NCBI GenBank assembly: GCA_965219955.1
Contig: OZ244799.1
Span: 2,848,001 to 2,912,000, forward strand
Direction of reading: 5' to 3'
Source: a bacterium
GTDB lineage: Bacteria > UBA8248
DNA: 64,000 nucleotides
Of the stretch, positions 7,992 through 18,781 are shown piece after piece (the stretch's first letter is position 1; every line of letters begins with the position of its first letter). The notes under the pieces were generated by a model that made no database searches, was not told the DNA's origin, and saw nothing but the letters and a program-made list of their open reading frames with translations. The translations under genes were made by a program, and so were the position numbers.

Positions 7992-8564
7992 TTAGTAGAG
8001 TTGATGGCCTCTCGCTTTCGCGGTGGCGAGCTCGACATTGAGCAGTTCTATTCTCTCTTTCGTCGCGTCCCTGGCCGCACTCAAGCTCTTCATCATCTTG
8101 CACGCTCTCAAATAAATGGCGATTGCTGCGACGACCGCTATCGTCATCGGAGAAATCAGAACCATGTGCGCGGCCATGATTTTCGATATTTCACTTCTGA
8201 ACGCATAAATCCTGTTTCTCGTCTCTTCGTTTTCGATGCGCTCGGTCTGCTCCTTCCATACGGCATAGCTGTTCGCTATTTGTGAACCCCCGAAGCTCAC
8301 CATGCTCATAATGATTCTCCAGATCGTGACGCGGTGCCCATACCGAAGCAAAGCAATGATGGTCAGCCTGAGGTTGGTATATGCCGGGTGAGTGAACTCT
8401 ATGCCTCCCGCGTTCGCGTATTCAAACAGTTCATCTCTGAGCTTGAACAGCCTTTGCCTGAAATAATCGACGCGATAAGGAATCCAGAACTGATACCAAA
8501 TCAGCCAAGCAATGAACAAAACGAGACAAAACCTCAGGACATGAAAAGCGTCTACCCCTATCAT
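7992..8564 (-). CDS. Hypothetical membrane protein (low GC)
   Basis: N-terminal TM, FRQRLFKLRDELF...FTHPAY..LR, C-terminal TM. Confidence 0.7.
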   Translation of the reverse strand: MIGVDAFHVLRFCLVLFIAWLIWYQFWIPYRVDYFRQRLFKLRDELFEYANAGGIEFTHPAYTNLRLTIIALLRYGHRVTIWRIIMSMVSFGGSQIANSYAVWKEQTERIENEETRNRIYAFRSEISKIMAAHMVLISPMTIAVVAAIAIYLRACKMMKSLSAARDATKERIELLNVELATAKARGHQLY

Positions 8565-8568
8565 TCGA

Positions 8569-8970
8569 CTAATCCTCCGGCCTGGAGCAGCCTTGACGAG
8601 TGAGGCGGCTGGAACTGCGGTTCGGATCTATCAGTTTCTCATACCTTTCACGAATGTCATGAAATTGCTCTATCGTTTTTCTTCTGAGGGACCTCTCAAA
8701 CCGCCATCCCATAAGAGCGATGAGCAACGCAATAAGCAGGAAACTTTCCAGCTTTCCCGAAACGACGCGGGCTATCGCCTTGATTCCAATTTCAAGTATC
8801 GTCGATTTTCCCGCAATGGAATCTATCGCAAGGTAAGCAAACCAGACAATGATGGTCAAAAACACCCATTTTAGTTGGGATATCGCATGGTGCCATATAT
8901 CGAGTTTTCGATTTTGGATGAGGAAATCACGTTGTTCCAGACGCTCACGAGGTGTCGGCCGTTCACTCAT
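8569..8970 (-). CDS. Hypothetical 2-TM protein (low GC)
   Basis: Two hydrophobic helices and an EKLIDPNRSSSRLT tail; 4 nt from the next gene. Confidence 0.65.
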   Translation of the reverse strand: MSERPTPRERLEQRDFLIQNRKLDIWHHAISQLKWVFLTIIVWFAYLAIDSIAGKSTILEIGIKAIARVVSGKLESFLLIALLIALMGWRFERSLRRKTIEQFHDIRERYEKLIDPNRSSSRLTRQGCSRPED

Positions 8971-9096
8971 AAGTTTTCCCGGTGACGTGTTATCCTCGTG
9001 GCTTAATATTCTTAGAGCATCTGCTGAATACATGCAACTCGCTCTGGCAAAAGCGATGTCTCTCCTCTTCAATCGAAAGCGCAAACCCGCCCATCC

Positions 9097-9489
9097 TTAT
9101 CCGAAATCGCTCTCCCTCATGCCGCCGAATTTCCATTCGAGGTCGTGGGGGAAATCCTCCGTCATCTTCTCGACGTAGGCGAGCACGTCCTCGCGGCGGA
9201 AGCGCGCGCTCTTGAAGGAGGGGTGGCCTTCGGGCTGCCTCGCGCCCGCGCGCGGGGGCGGGCGGCGCAGGTATACGGGCCGGAGGCAGGGCGCGTCGCT
9301 CGCGCAGTCCTCGGCGATGATGGCGTCGAGCGTGCGGTAGCTCTTGTAACCGAGCACCCTGGCGAGCATCGGCTTGGTGAGAAACGCCTCTTCCTCGAGA
9401 ATGCGGCGCGGCGTCCTGGGATCGAGCGGGGCGTGTTTCGTTCTTCTCTGCCGCCTTTTGCTCCCTCGGATATTCTTCGGGGGCGGCAT
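9097..9489 (-). CDS. Excisionase/MerR-type HTH DNA-binding protein
   Basis: FLTKPMLARVLGYKSYRTL...ARFRREDVLAYVE is a Xis/HTH_17-like pattern. Confidence 0.6.
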   Translation of the reverse strand: MPPPKNIRGSKRRQRRTKHAPLDPRTPRRILEEEAFLTKPMLARVLGYKSYRTLDAIIAEDCASDAPCLRPVYLRRPPPRAGARQPEGHPSFKSARFRREDVLAYVEKMTEDFPHDLEWKFGGMRESDFG

Positions 9490-9734
9490 CAGGAAAGCGC
9501 CTCGGCGAGCGGGCGGAGGACCAGGTCGCGACGGCGGGTTTTCCGCATCCTGACGAGGGCGTCGGCGCGGGCGCGGGCGGACCTTATCGTCGGGAAGATG
9601 AGGCTCACGCGCTTCTCTCGGGTGCGGTCGCGGTAGACGAGCAGGGCGGCTTCTTCGGGCAGGCCGAAGCCCTCATCCACGAGGTCCGAGAGCGTGCGCT
9701 CATGGGTTCCGATGAAAGAAGCGGTTTCGTTCAC
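9489..9734 (-). CDS. Hypothetical phage-like protein
   Basis: GGGAGG SD plus GTG; TGATG coupling to the HTH gene. Confidence 0.5.
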   Translation of the reverse strand: MNETASFIGTHERTLSDLVDEGFGLPEEAALLVYRDRTREKRVSLIFPTIRSARARADALVRMRKTRRRDLVLRPLAEALS

Positions 9735-10070
9735 GACGTCCCTCCCGGGCGCAGATGCGGCGCGCCTCCGAGGCGGCGTAATAAAGACCCGGATGACCCG
9801 CGCGGTCTTGAAGGTGCGTTGGTTTCGGAGGGGGGCGCCCCGCGGGCGGTTCGAGGCGCCGTGTTCGGTGGGGAAAAAGGTGGGATTTCGCGGGACGGAT
9901 CATCCGGGCAAGGCGAATTTCCGAAAAATTCGATAAATTTAGATAAATTGGCGGGGTTTTTCGATAAATTCATGGAATTTCCTTTTTTCATCATAATCAA
10001 TTCAATATCAACCAGATAACACGTTGATCCGCCTGTGCGTGATATTCTTATTCACATATCAGGCAACGGC

Positions 10071-10099
10071 AATATATCTATATATAACTATTATGTCAA
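10071..10099 (-). promoter_or_regulatory. Near-consensus sigma70 promoter facing the island
   Basis: TTGACA-17 nt-TATATT on the minus strand in an AT-rich tract. Confidence 0.65.
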
Positions 10100-10179
10100 G
10101 AAAAATATCCAGAAATATCTAGGAAGGGGATAGAGGTGTGCAAGTCGTTGATAAAAGAGGAGATACGGAGAGGTTGGCG

Positions 10180-11064
10180 TTAGTCGAGCTCTCTGCCCAA
10201 AAGCTCGATGAAGCGCTTCACGCCGCCGTGGAGCGGCTTGTCGCGCCTGTAGACAAGGCCCAAAGGCCGGATGATGCGCTCGCCCTCGAAGGGCAAAACC
10301 GCCAGCGTGTTCATGGCCCGCTCGTTGTGAACGGCCGAACCAGGGAGAATGCTCACCCAGGTGTCGATGAAGAGCGCCTCCTTGATGCTCTCCACGTTGT
10401 CGAACTCCATGACGACGTCCACCCTCACACCAGCCTTGCGCAAGACCCTGTCGATCGCGCTGCGGATGGGGAGGTCGCCATCGAACGCCACGAACGGCTC
10501 GCTCGCCAGGTCGGAGAGCCTCACCGCGTGGCGAAAGGCGAGTTGATGCCCCGGATGAGAGACGAAGAACATGGGCTCTTCCTTGAAGGGCACGACACGG
10601 AGCGCCTTCTCCCGCGGGGGATAGGAGAGAACCCCGACGTCGGCCGTATCGTCCAGAACGGATTGCACCACCTTCTCAGGGTGGAGGCATTCGAGACGAA
10701 CCCGCGCCTGGGGATACAGCGAGCGGAAACGCTGCATGTAAGCGCCCATCTGATGAAGCCCCACCGAGTAGATAGCCGCGACGTGCACCTCGCCGTGCAC
10801 CTCGCCGATGCCGTGTGATATTTCCGCACAAACCTGATCGAATTCCCCCAGAAGTTTCCGGCACGCCTCATAGAAACGAGCGCCTTCTTCGGTGATGCCG
10901 AATGGCCGCTTGCTTCTGTCGAGCAACTCGACGCTCAAATCCCCCTCAAGCTGGCGAAGCGCCTGACTCGCCGCGGACTGGGTCACCCCGCTTTGAGCGG
11001 CCCCCTTGGAAAAACTCCTCTCCTGGATGATTCGGCAATAGAGCCTCAAGGATTCGATGTTCAT
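10180..11064 (-). CDS. LysR-family regulator divergent from gltB
   Basis: SFSKGAAQSGVTQSAASQALRQLE HTH followed by a substrate-binding domain. Confidence 0.92.
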   Translation of the reverse strand: MNIESLRLYCRIIQERSFSKGAAQSGVTQSAASQALRQLEGDLSVELLDRSKRPFGITEEGARFYEACRKLLGEFDQVCAEISHGIGEVHGEVHVAAIYSVGLHQMGAYMQRFRSLYPQARVRLECLHPEKVVQSVLDDTADVGVLSYPPREKALRVVPFKEEPMFFVSHPGHQLAFRHAVRLSDLASEPFVAFDGDLPIRSAIDRVLRKAGVRVDVVMEFDNVESIKEALFIDTWVSILPGSAVHNERAMNTLAVLPFEGERIIRPLGLVYRRDKPLHGGVKRFIELLGRELD

Positions 11065-11080
11065 GAGAAAAGGGTATAAT

Positions 11081-11146
11081 ATAAATATCTCTAATGCAAT
11101 ACATTAAATATTTTAGTTTGTCTTATTTTTCAGGGCATGTTATACT
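11081..11146 (+). promoter_or_regulatory. gltB promoter with a LysR-type T-N11-A box
   Basis: ATAAATATCTCTAAT (11081-11095); TTGTCT-17-TATACT (11118-11146). Confidence 0.55.
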
Positions 11147-11267
11147 TGAAGTCCGTTTCATGGAAATCATCACGCGATGTCCATAAGACGTATTCAGGAA
11201 TTCCCCGTGAAATGGGCAAACGGGGAATTACCCGAGAAACTCTCTTAGAAAGAAAGCTGGTGAAGCA

Positions 11268-14200
11268 ATGAGAAAACCCTTACAAAAACAGGGTCTGTAT
11301 GATCCTGCCTTCGAACACGACGCATGCGGCGTGGCCTTCGTCGTGGACATCAAGGGGCGCAAGTCCCATGACATCATCGAAAAAGCCCTCACCATCCTGC
11401 GCAATCTCGCCCACCGGGGCGCCACGGGTTCTGAAATCAACACGGGCGACGGTGCGGGGGTTTTGATGCAGATACCCGACAAATTCCTGCGCAAGACATG
11501 CGAAGCGGAAAAAATCAAAATCCCGGCGGAGGGCCGCTACGGGGTGGGTTCGGTGTTTCTCCCCAAATCCCCGAGCCAGGTGAACGAATGCGAACAGATA
11601 TTCGAGTCCATCGTCTACGAGGAAGGCGCCGACGTTCTCGGCTGGAGGCCGGTGCCGAACGACTTCTCCTCGCTCGGCTCCACAGCCCTCGAAGCCGCAC
11701 CGCAATTGCGCCAGGTTTTCATCGGTGGATTCGATGAATCCCTCGACTCCATGGGGATTGAACGCAGGCTCTTCGTGATCAGAAAGCGCGTGGAACACGC
11801 GATTCGCGAGTCGGACATCCGAGACAGGGACGAGTTCTTCATTCCCTCGCTCTCGGCGCGCACGCTGGTCTACAAGGGGATGCTGACCGCGAAACAACTC
11901 GAGAAAGTTTACCCCGATCTCAAGGACCCGGACATGGAGTCGGGCCTGGTGCTGATTCACTCGCGATTCTCCACCAACACGTTCCCCTCCTGGCCCCTGG
12001 CGCACCCGTATCGCTACCTCGCCCACAATGGCGAGATAAACACCCTGCGAGGCAACATCAACTGGATGCGGGCCAGAGAAGCGCTGTGCGAATCCCCTCA
12101 CCTGCCTGATCTGGAGAAAATCCTGCCCATCATCGTCGAGGGCGGCAGCGATTCGGCGATCTTCGACAACGTGCTGGAGTTCCTCTACATGGCCGGCCGG
12201 GAAATGGCCCATGCCGTGTTGATGATGATTCCTGAGCCCTGGGAAGGCCATGAATCCATGAGCGAGGAGCGAAAAGCCTTCTACGAGTTTCACGCCAGCC
12301 TGATGGAGCCGTGGGACGGGCCCGCCTGCATCACTTTCACTGACGGCTCGGTCATCGGCGCCGCATTGGACAGAAACGGCCTGCGGCCTGCCAGATACTA
12401 TGTCACACATGACGATCTGCTCGTCATGGCGTCCGAGGTGGGCGTTCTCGACATCCCGCCCGAGAACGTGAAAATCAAAGAACGCCTCCATCCGGGGCGC
12501 ATCCTGCTCGTGGACACCGAAGAGGGCCGCATCGTCGATGATGAGGAAATCAAATCGCGCTACGCCTCCGAGCATCCATACAGGGAATGGCTGGACGAGC
12601 ATCTGCTGCATCTCGACAAGCTGCCCGACGCTCCGCAGCTTCCCGAATCGGATCATCAGAGCATCCTCGAAAGACAAAAAGTATTCGGCTATACGCAGGA
12701 GGATTTAAGGTTTTTCATCGGCCCGATGGTGAACCTGAAAAACGACCCCACGGGATCGATGGGCAACGACGCGGCTCTCGCCGTTCTCTCGAATCGCCCG
12801 CGTATTCTCTACGATTATTTCAAACAGCTCTTCGCCCAGGTGACGAACCCTCCCATCGACGCCATACGCGAGGAAATCATCACGCAGGTATCCGCTACTA
12901 TCGGGCCGGAGAGGAACCTGCTCGCGCCAGAGCCGGATTCCTGCCAGCAAGTGAGGCTCGACTCCCCCATCCTGGGCAACGAGGATTTCTACAAGCTCGC
13001 CCACATCCGGCAGCCGGGCCTCAAGGCGGTCACCCTGCCCATCCTCTTCCGGGCCGAGGACGGCCCGGCCGGCCTCAAGCAGGCGATGGACGATTTGTGC
13101 AGAAAGGCCAGCCGCGCCATCGAACAGGGCTACAGCTTCATCGTCTTATCGGATCGCGGCGTGTCGAAAAACTACGCCCCCATCCCCGCGCTTCTGGCCA
13201 CCGCCGGCGTCCATCACCATCTGGTACGGCAGGGAACGCGGACGCGCATCGGGCTACTCCTCGAAACAGGGGAAGCGCGCCAGGTGCATCACATGTGCCT
13301 GTTGCTCGGCTTCGGCGCCGAGGCCGTCAACCCGTATCTCGTCTTCGAGACCATCGACGACATGATCAGAAACGGGCTTCTCGAGAACATCGAGCCCGAC
13401 GCGGCCCGGAAGAACTACATTACCGCGCTCAACAAGGGCATCCTCAAGGTGATGTCGAAGATGGGTATTTCCACCATCCAGTCGTATCGCGGGGCGCAGA
13501 TATTCGAGGCCATCGGCTTGAAGCGCGACTTCGTGAAGAAATATTTCACCTGGACGGCCTCGCGCATCGGCGGAATCGGCATCGACGTCGTGGCCGAAGA
13601 AACCTTGAAGCGCCTCAGGAACGCCTACCCCGAAAGGCCCGTGGGCTCCCAGGAACTCGAAGGCGGCGGAGACATCCAGTGGCGCAGGGACGGGGAATTC
13701 CACCTGTTCAACCCCGAGACCGTCTTCAAGCTCCAGCACTCCACGATGTCGGGGCGGTATGAGATTTTCAAGGAATACACCGACAAGGTCGACAACCAGA
13801 ACAAGCATCTGGCCACGCTGCGCGGGCTTCTGGACTTCCATTGGGCGGAAACACCCGTTCCCATCGAAGAGGTGGAACCGGTAGAGGAGATCATGAGGCG
13901 CTTCAGCACGGGCGGCATGTCCTACGGCGCTTTGAGTTCAGAAGCCCACGAGGCGCTTGCCATCGCCCTGAACCGCATCGGCGGCAAGTCCAACTCGGGC
14001 GAAGGCGGGGAGGACGCCGACCGCTACACGCCCGACGAGAACGGCGACTTCCGGCGAAGTGCGGTCCACCAGGTGGCGTCGGGACGCTTTGGCGTGACGA
14101 GCGAGTATCTGGTCAACTGCACCGATCTGCAGATCAAGATGGCCCAGGGCGCCAAGCCCGGGGAGGGGGGACAACTCCCCGGCTACAAGGTCTACCCGTG

Positions 14201-15824
14201 GATCGCCAAGACGAGGCACTCCACCCCTGGGGTGGGTCTTATCTCCCCGCCGCCGCACCACGACATCTACTCGATCGAGGACCTGGCGCAGTTAATCTAT
14301 GATCTCAAGAACTCGAACCCCCGGGCGGACGTTCACGTGAAGCTCGTCTCGGAAGTCGGCGTCGGCACCGTGGCGGCAGGCGTCTCGAAAGCCCATGCCG
14401 ACACCATCCTCATTTCGGGCCACGACGGCGGAACGGGCGCCTCCCCCATCACGAGCATCCTCCACGCGGGCACCCCGTGGGAGTTGGGACTGGCAGAAAC
14501 GCAGCAGGTCCTCGTGCTCAACAGGCTGCGCGACCGGGTGGCCGTCCAGGTGGACGGGCAGATGAAGACCGGGCGCGACGTGATCATAGGCGCTCTTTTA
14601 GGGGCTGATGAATACGGTTTTTCCACCGCGCCACTCGTGGTGATGGGCTGCATCATGATGCGCGTGTGCCACCTGAACACCTGCCCCGTCGGCGTCGCCT
14701 CCCAGGACCCGAAACTCAGGGAGAAATTCGACGGGAAGCCTGAGTTCGTAGAGAACTTCTTCCGCTTCATCGCCGACGAGGTGCGCGAATACATGGCCAG
14801 GCTCGGCTTCCGCACGATGGAGGAAATGATCGGGCACGTGGACAGGCTCGACACCAAAAAGGCGGTGAACCACTGGAAGGCGAAGGGCCTTGATTTCTCG
14901 GCTATCCTCCATAAGCCCGACGCCGGCCCCGACGCGGCGATCCGCCAAACCACCAAGCAGAATCACGGCCTCGAACGCTCGCTCGACATGCGGGAGTTGC
15001 TGCCCCGGTGCCAGGATGCGATCGAGAACAAGACGCCGGTCGCTTTCGAGCTTCCCATCCGCAACACGCACCGGACGGTAGGCACCATCACGGGTTCCGA
15101 GATAACGCGCAAGCACGGCGGAGAAGGACTGCCGGAAGACACCATCCGCATTCACTTCACCGGCTCCGCCGGGCAGAGCTTCGGCGCTTTCATCCCGAAG
15201 GGAATGACCCTCTCGCTCGAGGGCGACGCCAACGATTATATGGGCAAAGGACTCTCGGGCGGGAAACTGATCGCCTCCCCCCCAAAGGGGGCGGGCTTCG
15301 TGCCCGAGGAGAACATCATCATCGGTAACGTGGCGCTCTTCGGGGCCACCTCGGGAGAAGCGTATTTCCGGGGCGTGGCCGGTGAACGGTTCTGCGTGAG
15401 AAACAGCGGCGCGCACACGGTGGTGGAGGGCGTGGGTGACCACGGCTGTGAATACATGACGGGCGGCCGCGTCGTCATCCTGGGCAAGACCGGCCGGAAC
15501 TTCGCCGCGGGCATGTCGGGCGGCGTCGCCTACGTGCTCGATGAGGCCGGCGATTTCGCCAGGCTCTGCAACACGGAATTGGTGGACATCGAGCCGCTGC
15601 AGGCGCCCGACGACGTAGAGGAAGTCAAGGACCTCATCAAGAAACACATCGAATATACGGACAGTGCGCGGGCCAGGGAGATTCTCGACGCCTGGGATGC
15701 ACACCAGCCGCGATTCGCCAAGGTGATGCCCCGCGACTACAAGCGCGCGCTCACCGCGATGGAAGAGGCCAAAGAAAAAGGCATCCCGTGGGAGGAAGCC
15801 GTGATGGAGGGCGCCCATGGGTAA
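11268..15824 (+). CDS. gltB: Glutamate synthase large subunit
   Basis: [38 protein letters not shown]; 1518 aa. Confidence 0.98.
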   Translation: MRKPLQKQGLYDPAFEHDACGVAFVVDIKGRKSHDIIEKALTILRNLAHRGATGSEINTGDGAGVLMQIPDKFLRKTCEAEKIKIPAEGRYGVGSVFLPKSPSQVNECEQIFESIVYEEGADVLGWRPVPNDFSSLGSTALEAAPQLRQVFIGGFDESLDSMGIERRLFVIRKRVEHAIRESDIRDRDEFFIPSLSARTLVYKGMLTAKQLEKVYPDLKDPDMESGLVLIHSRFSTNTFPSWPLAHPYRYLAHNGEINTLRGNINWMRAREALCESPHLPDLEKILPIIVEGGSDSAIFDNVLEFLYMAGREMAHAVLMMIPEPWEGHESMSEERKAFYEFHASLMEPWDGPACITFTDGSVIGAALDRNGLRPARYYVTHDDLLVMASEVGVLDIPPENVKIKERLHPGRILLVDTEEGRIVDDEEIKSRYASEHPYREWLDEHLLHLDKLPDAPQLPESDHQSILERQKVFGYTQEDLRFFIGPMVNLKNDPTGSMGNDAALAVLSNRPRILYDYFKQLFAQVTNPPIDAIREEIITQVSATIGPERNLLAPEPDSCQQVRLDSPILGNEDFYKLAHIRQPGLKAVTLPILFRAEDGPAGLKQAMDDLCRKASRAIEQGYSFIVLSDRGVSKNYAPIPALLATAGVHHHLVRQGTRTRIGLLLETGEARQVHHMCLLLGFGAEAVNPYLVFETIDDMIRNGLLENIEPDAARKNYITALNKGILKVMSKMGISTIQSYRGAQIFEAIGLKRDFVKKYFTWTASRIGGIGIDVVAEETLKRLRNAYPERPVGSQELEGGGDIQWRRDGEFHLFNPETVFKLQHSTMSGRYEIFKEYTDKVDNQNKHLATLRGLLDFHWAETPVPIEEVEPVEEIMRRFSTGGMSYGALSSEAHEALAIALNRIGGKSNSGEGGEDADRYTPDENGDFRRSAVHQVASGRFGVTSEYLVNCTDLQIKMAQGAKPGEGGQLPGYKVYPWIAKTRHSTPGVGLISPPPHHDIYSIEDLAQLIYDLKNSNPRADVHVKLVSEVGVGTVAAGVSKAHADTILISGHDGGTGASPITSILHAGTPWELGLAETQQVLVLNRLRDRVAVQVDGQMKTGRDVIIGALLGADEYGFSTAPLVVMGCIMMRVCHLNTCPVGVASQDPKLREKFDGKPEFVENFFRFIADEVREYMARLGFRTMEEMIGHVDRLDTKKAVNHWKAKGLDFSAILHKPDAGPDAAIRQTTKQNHGLERSLDMRELLPRCQDAIENKTPVAFELPIRNTHRTVGTITGSEITRKHGGEGLPEDTIRIHFTGSAGQSFGAFIPKGMTLSLEGDANDYMGKGLSGGKLIASPPKGAGFVPEENIIIGNVALFGATSGEAYFRGVAGERFCVRNSGAHTVVEGVGDHGCEYMTGGRVVILGKTGRNFAAGMSGGVAYVLDEAGDFARLCNTELVDIEPLQAPDDVEEVKDLIKKHIEYTDSARAREILDAWDAHQPRFAKVMPRDYKRALTAMEEAKEKGIPWEEAVMEGAHG

Positions 15825-17268
15825 GCCGACGGGATTTGTGGAATTCGGAAGGGAAGTGCCCAGGACGAGGCCCGTGGAAGAGCGCGTCCACGACTGGGAC
15901 GTCGTCTATCTGCCCACGCCGCACGAGACGCTGAAACAACAAGGCGCGCGGTGTATGGACTGCGGCATTCCCTTCTGTCATCAGGGATGCCCGCTGGGAA
16001 ACCTGATCCCCGACTGGAACGATCTGGTCTATCGCGACTTGTGGAAAGACGCCATCGAGCGGCTCCACGCGACGAACAATTTCCCCGAATTCACGGGCTG
16101 GCTCTGTCCGGCGCCGTGCGAAGACTCGTGCGTTCTCACGATCAACGACTCTCCGGTGACGATCAAGGAGATCGAAAAATCCCTCATCGAGCATGCCTAC
16201 GAGCAGGGCTGGGTGAAGGCGACACCGCCTGCAGTGCGCACCGGCAAGAAAGCCGCGGTCGTGGGTTCGGGCCCGGCGGGTCTGGCCGCCGCCCAGCAGC
16301 TCAACTGGGCGGGGCACCACGTCACCGTGTTCGAGCGCGACGACAAGCTCGGCGGGCTCATGCGCTACGGGATACCGGACTTCAAGATGGACAAGACCTA
16401 TATCGACCGCCGCACGCAGCAGATGGAAGAAGAAGGCGTGACGTTCCGCGTGAACGCGAACGTGGGCGTCGACCCCAAGGTATCCGAACTACAGGAAGAA
16501 TTCGACGCCATCGTACTGGCCGCAGGCGCTCTGCAACACAGGGATTTGCAGATTCCGGGCCGCGAGATGGACGGCATCCACTTCGGCATGCGCTACCTCA
16601 CCATGCAGAACCGCAGGCTCGCGGGAGAGGAAATACCGGATGAGGAATTCATTACCGCGAAGGATAAGCACGTGGTCGTCATCGGCGGCGGCGATACGGG
16701 CGCCGACTGCGTGGGCACCGCGCACAGGCAGGGAGCGAAATCCGTCCGGCAGTTCCAGTACCATCCGCGCCCGCCGGACAAGCGGGACCCGCTGAACGAC
16801 CCCTGGCCGAACTACGCGAACATCTTCCGCACCGCGCCCATGTACGAAGAGGGCGGGGAGCGTATCTTCCAGATTCAGACCCGCCGGTTCCTGGGCGAAA
16901 ACGGCCAAGTCAAGAAAATCGACACCGTAAAGGTGAACGAATCCCACGATGAGGGCGGAAGAGTCATCTTCACCGAGATTCCGGGCACGGAAGAGGGAAT
17001 CGACGCAGACCTCGTCCTCCTGGCGATCGGCTTCCAGGGTCCCGACTGCCACCCGTTGCTCGATGAACTGGCGCTCGAGCGCACCGGGCGCGGCGCGGTG
17101 AGCCGCGATGACAAGTGGATGACGAACGCGCCCGGCGTCTTCGTGGCGGGTGACATGATGCGCGGCGCATCCCTCGTGGTGTGGGCGATTGCCGACGGCC
17201 GTTCCTGCGCCCGCGCCGTGGATGAATACCTGATGGGAGAATCCCAACTCCCCGCCCCGCTGGATTAG
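15817..17268 (+). CDS. gltD: Glutamate synthase small subunit
   Basis: [30 protein letters not shown]. Confidence 0.97.
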   Translation: MGKPTGFVEFGREVPRTRPVEERVHDWDVVYLPTPHETLKQQGARCMDCGIPFCHQGCPLGNLIPDWNDLVYRDLWKDAIERLHATNNFPEFTGWLCPAPCEDSCVLTINDSPVTIKEIEKSLIEHAYEQGWVKATPPAVRTGKKAAVVGSGPAGLAAAQQLNWAGHHVTVFERDDKLGGLMRYGIPDFKMDKTYIDRRTQQMEEEGVTFRVNANVGVDPKVSELQEEFDAIVLAAGALQHRDLQIPGREMDGIHFGMRYLTMQNRRLAGEEIPDEEFITAKDKHVVVIGGGDTGADCVGTAHRQGAKSVRQFQYHPRPPDKRDPLNDPWPNYANIFRTAPMYEEGGERIFQIQTRRFLGENGQVKKIDTVKVNESHDEGGRVIFTEIPGTEEGIDADLVLLAIGFQGPDCHPLLDELALERTGRGAVSRDDKWMTNAPGVFVAGDMMRGASLVVWAIADGRSCARAVDEYLMGESQLPAPLD

Positions 17269-17280
17269 GGGACGTGTTCA

Positions 17281-17526
17281 GGGTCTGTTGAAAAACCCCA
17301 GCAGGCGCGACCCCCCGCAAACCGCCAACGTCTCTTTCCTCACCCTGAGTAGCCGCCGCAGGTAAAACGTGACTGAGAAAGGAGTGTTTGTATCGAAGGG
17401 CGAGGAGAGTCGAACGGCCTCGCGCCGGGGTGAGAGCAAACGCTCATTCATCAATCACGTTTGGCCTTCGATACGGTGCTTACGCGCCTGCTCAGGATGA
17501 GGCAGAGAGGGCTTTTTCAAAACCCC
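17281..17526. mobile_element. MITE-like element with an inverted CCTGAG...TCGAAGG repeat pair
   Basis: Ends GGGTCTGTTGAAAAACCCC and GGGCTTTTTCAAAACCCC; internal CTCACCCTGAGTAG...GTATCGAAGG versus CCTTCGATAC...CTGCTCAGGATGAG. Confidence 0.55.
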
Positions 17527-17569
17527 ATTCACACACCCCTTTGAATCTCCAGTCGCACGCAGAAACGCC

Positions 17570-18583
17570 CTAGTACTTGAGCGCCTTGTTCATGACCGGG
17601 AGAATCGCGAAGACGCCCGACGTTCTGGTGTCCACCATCACCTTCACGGCGTGCATGTGCTTTGCGCCGAAGACCTGTAGCGCTACGACGTTCGGCGCTT
17701 TTTTCCGGAACGGGCGCATGATGTCATAGACGTGCGTGTCGCCGTAGATCAGCAAAACCGGCTTTTTGAACGCGGCGGCCGCTTTGATCAGCGCATCGCC
17801 GAAACTCTTGAATCCCGACGCGCCCGAGAACGCCTCTTTCTTCGCTCTGAAAAACCCGGGCTTGAACATATCGGCGTGGATGACGAGTACGAGCGCCTTG
17901 GCCTTCCCGGCGATGGCTTTATCGAAACCCGCGTTCAGCCAGGCGACGTTCGCCCTATCGCGGGCGAAGAACTCCCGGGCGGCGCGCGGGTCGCGCACCT
18001 CGAAGTTGTTGTTCGAGCCGACAACGTGCGCCGTGATGAAATGGACGCCCTCTTTCACGAAGCGCGCATTCTCGGGGTATTCCTTAAATCCCTTCATCAG
18101 GTCCGACTGGCGCTCGAGCTTCATGGGAACCTTGCCGAGTGATTGCGGGCCGCGGGAGAAGTAGTGCTTCCGCAAGAAAGCGAGCCTCTCTACCGGATCG
18201 AAACGGCCAGCCTTTTTACGGTGGCAGTCGGTCCATTCGTTGTCGCCGGGCGTGTAGACGATCGGGGCTTCGAAGGAGTTCATGAAATCGAGCTGGTCGA
18301 GCAGCATCTTGTCCGAACAGGGCGTAGAGCCCGATTTGGTGTCTCCGACGTGGACCGTGAAAGCAGGCTTGAGCGCGTTGATCTGGCCGATCAGCGCCTT
18401 GAACGGCGGGTAGACCTTCGCGGGCTCCCCGTAAGGCATGTCGCCCAAGGCCACGAAGGTGAAGGGTTTATCCGCTGCGGCTGCGCCCGCCGTCAGCACG
18501 AACAGCGCGGTCGCGCCGAGCAGCGCACTGAAGCATCTCTTCAAGAATGAAGCGGAATTTTTCATCGGACCCATCTCATCCAT
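17570..18583 (-). CDS. Secreted calcineurin-like metallophosphoesterase
   Basis: Signal peptide; GDMPY, HVGD, PGDNEW, GDTH motifs. Confidence 0.8.
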   Translation of the reverse strand: MDEMGPMKNSASFLKRCFSALLGATALFVLTAGAAAADKPFTFVALGDMPYGEPAKVYPPFKALIGQINALKPAFTVHVGDTKSGSTPCSDKMLLDQLDFMNSFEAPIVYTPGDNEWTDCHRKKAGRFDPVERLAFLRKHYFSRGPQSLGKVPMKLERQSDLMKGFKEYPENARFVKEGVHFITAHVVGSNNNFEVRDPRAAREFFARDRANVAWLNAGFDKAIAGKAKALVLVIHADMFKPGFFRAKKEAFSGASGFKSFGDALIKAAAAFKKPVLLIYGDTHVYDIMRPFRKKAPNVVALQVFGAKHMHAVKVMVDTRTSGVFAILPVMNKALKY

Positions 18584-18781
18584 CTCCTATGGATTGCAAA
18601 AAAGATCGGCATCTCCCGATACGAAAGGAGCCGTCTGCCAACAACTGGCAAAACATCCATGCCGAAACCCGCCAGAAGATGCAATATAGAGAAAATTTCC
18701 AGGAGAGGTGTTACAAACAGGTGGCGATTCCATGATTTTTCGCTAAAACGAGGTCGGATGAACAGCGCACCGCGCCGAACC

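Larger units (their letters stand above)
1213..10140 (-). mobile_element. Reduced prophage-derived island with Mu-like late genes; boundaries approximate
   Basis: HTH, lysis and gp26/gp27 genes co-oriented, with TA genes and cargo; no integrase, transposase or structural genes. Confidence 0.65.

Noticed and set aside
9731-10000. 89-aa ORF in the island leader
   Set aside because: Low-complexity translation of the repeat array with a Pro/Arg-rich tail; not supportable, though not excluded.
10074-10101. dif-like site (TTATGTCAAGA resembles a XerD arm)
   Set aside because: No ATAA-ending XerC arm at 6-nt spacing; better explained as the -35 of a minus-strand promoter.
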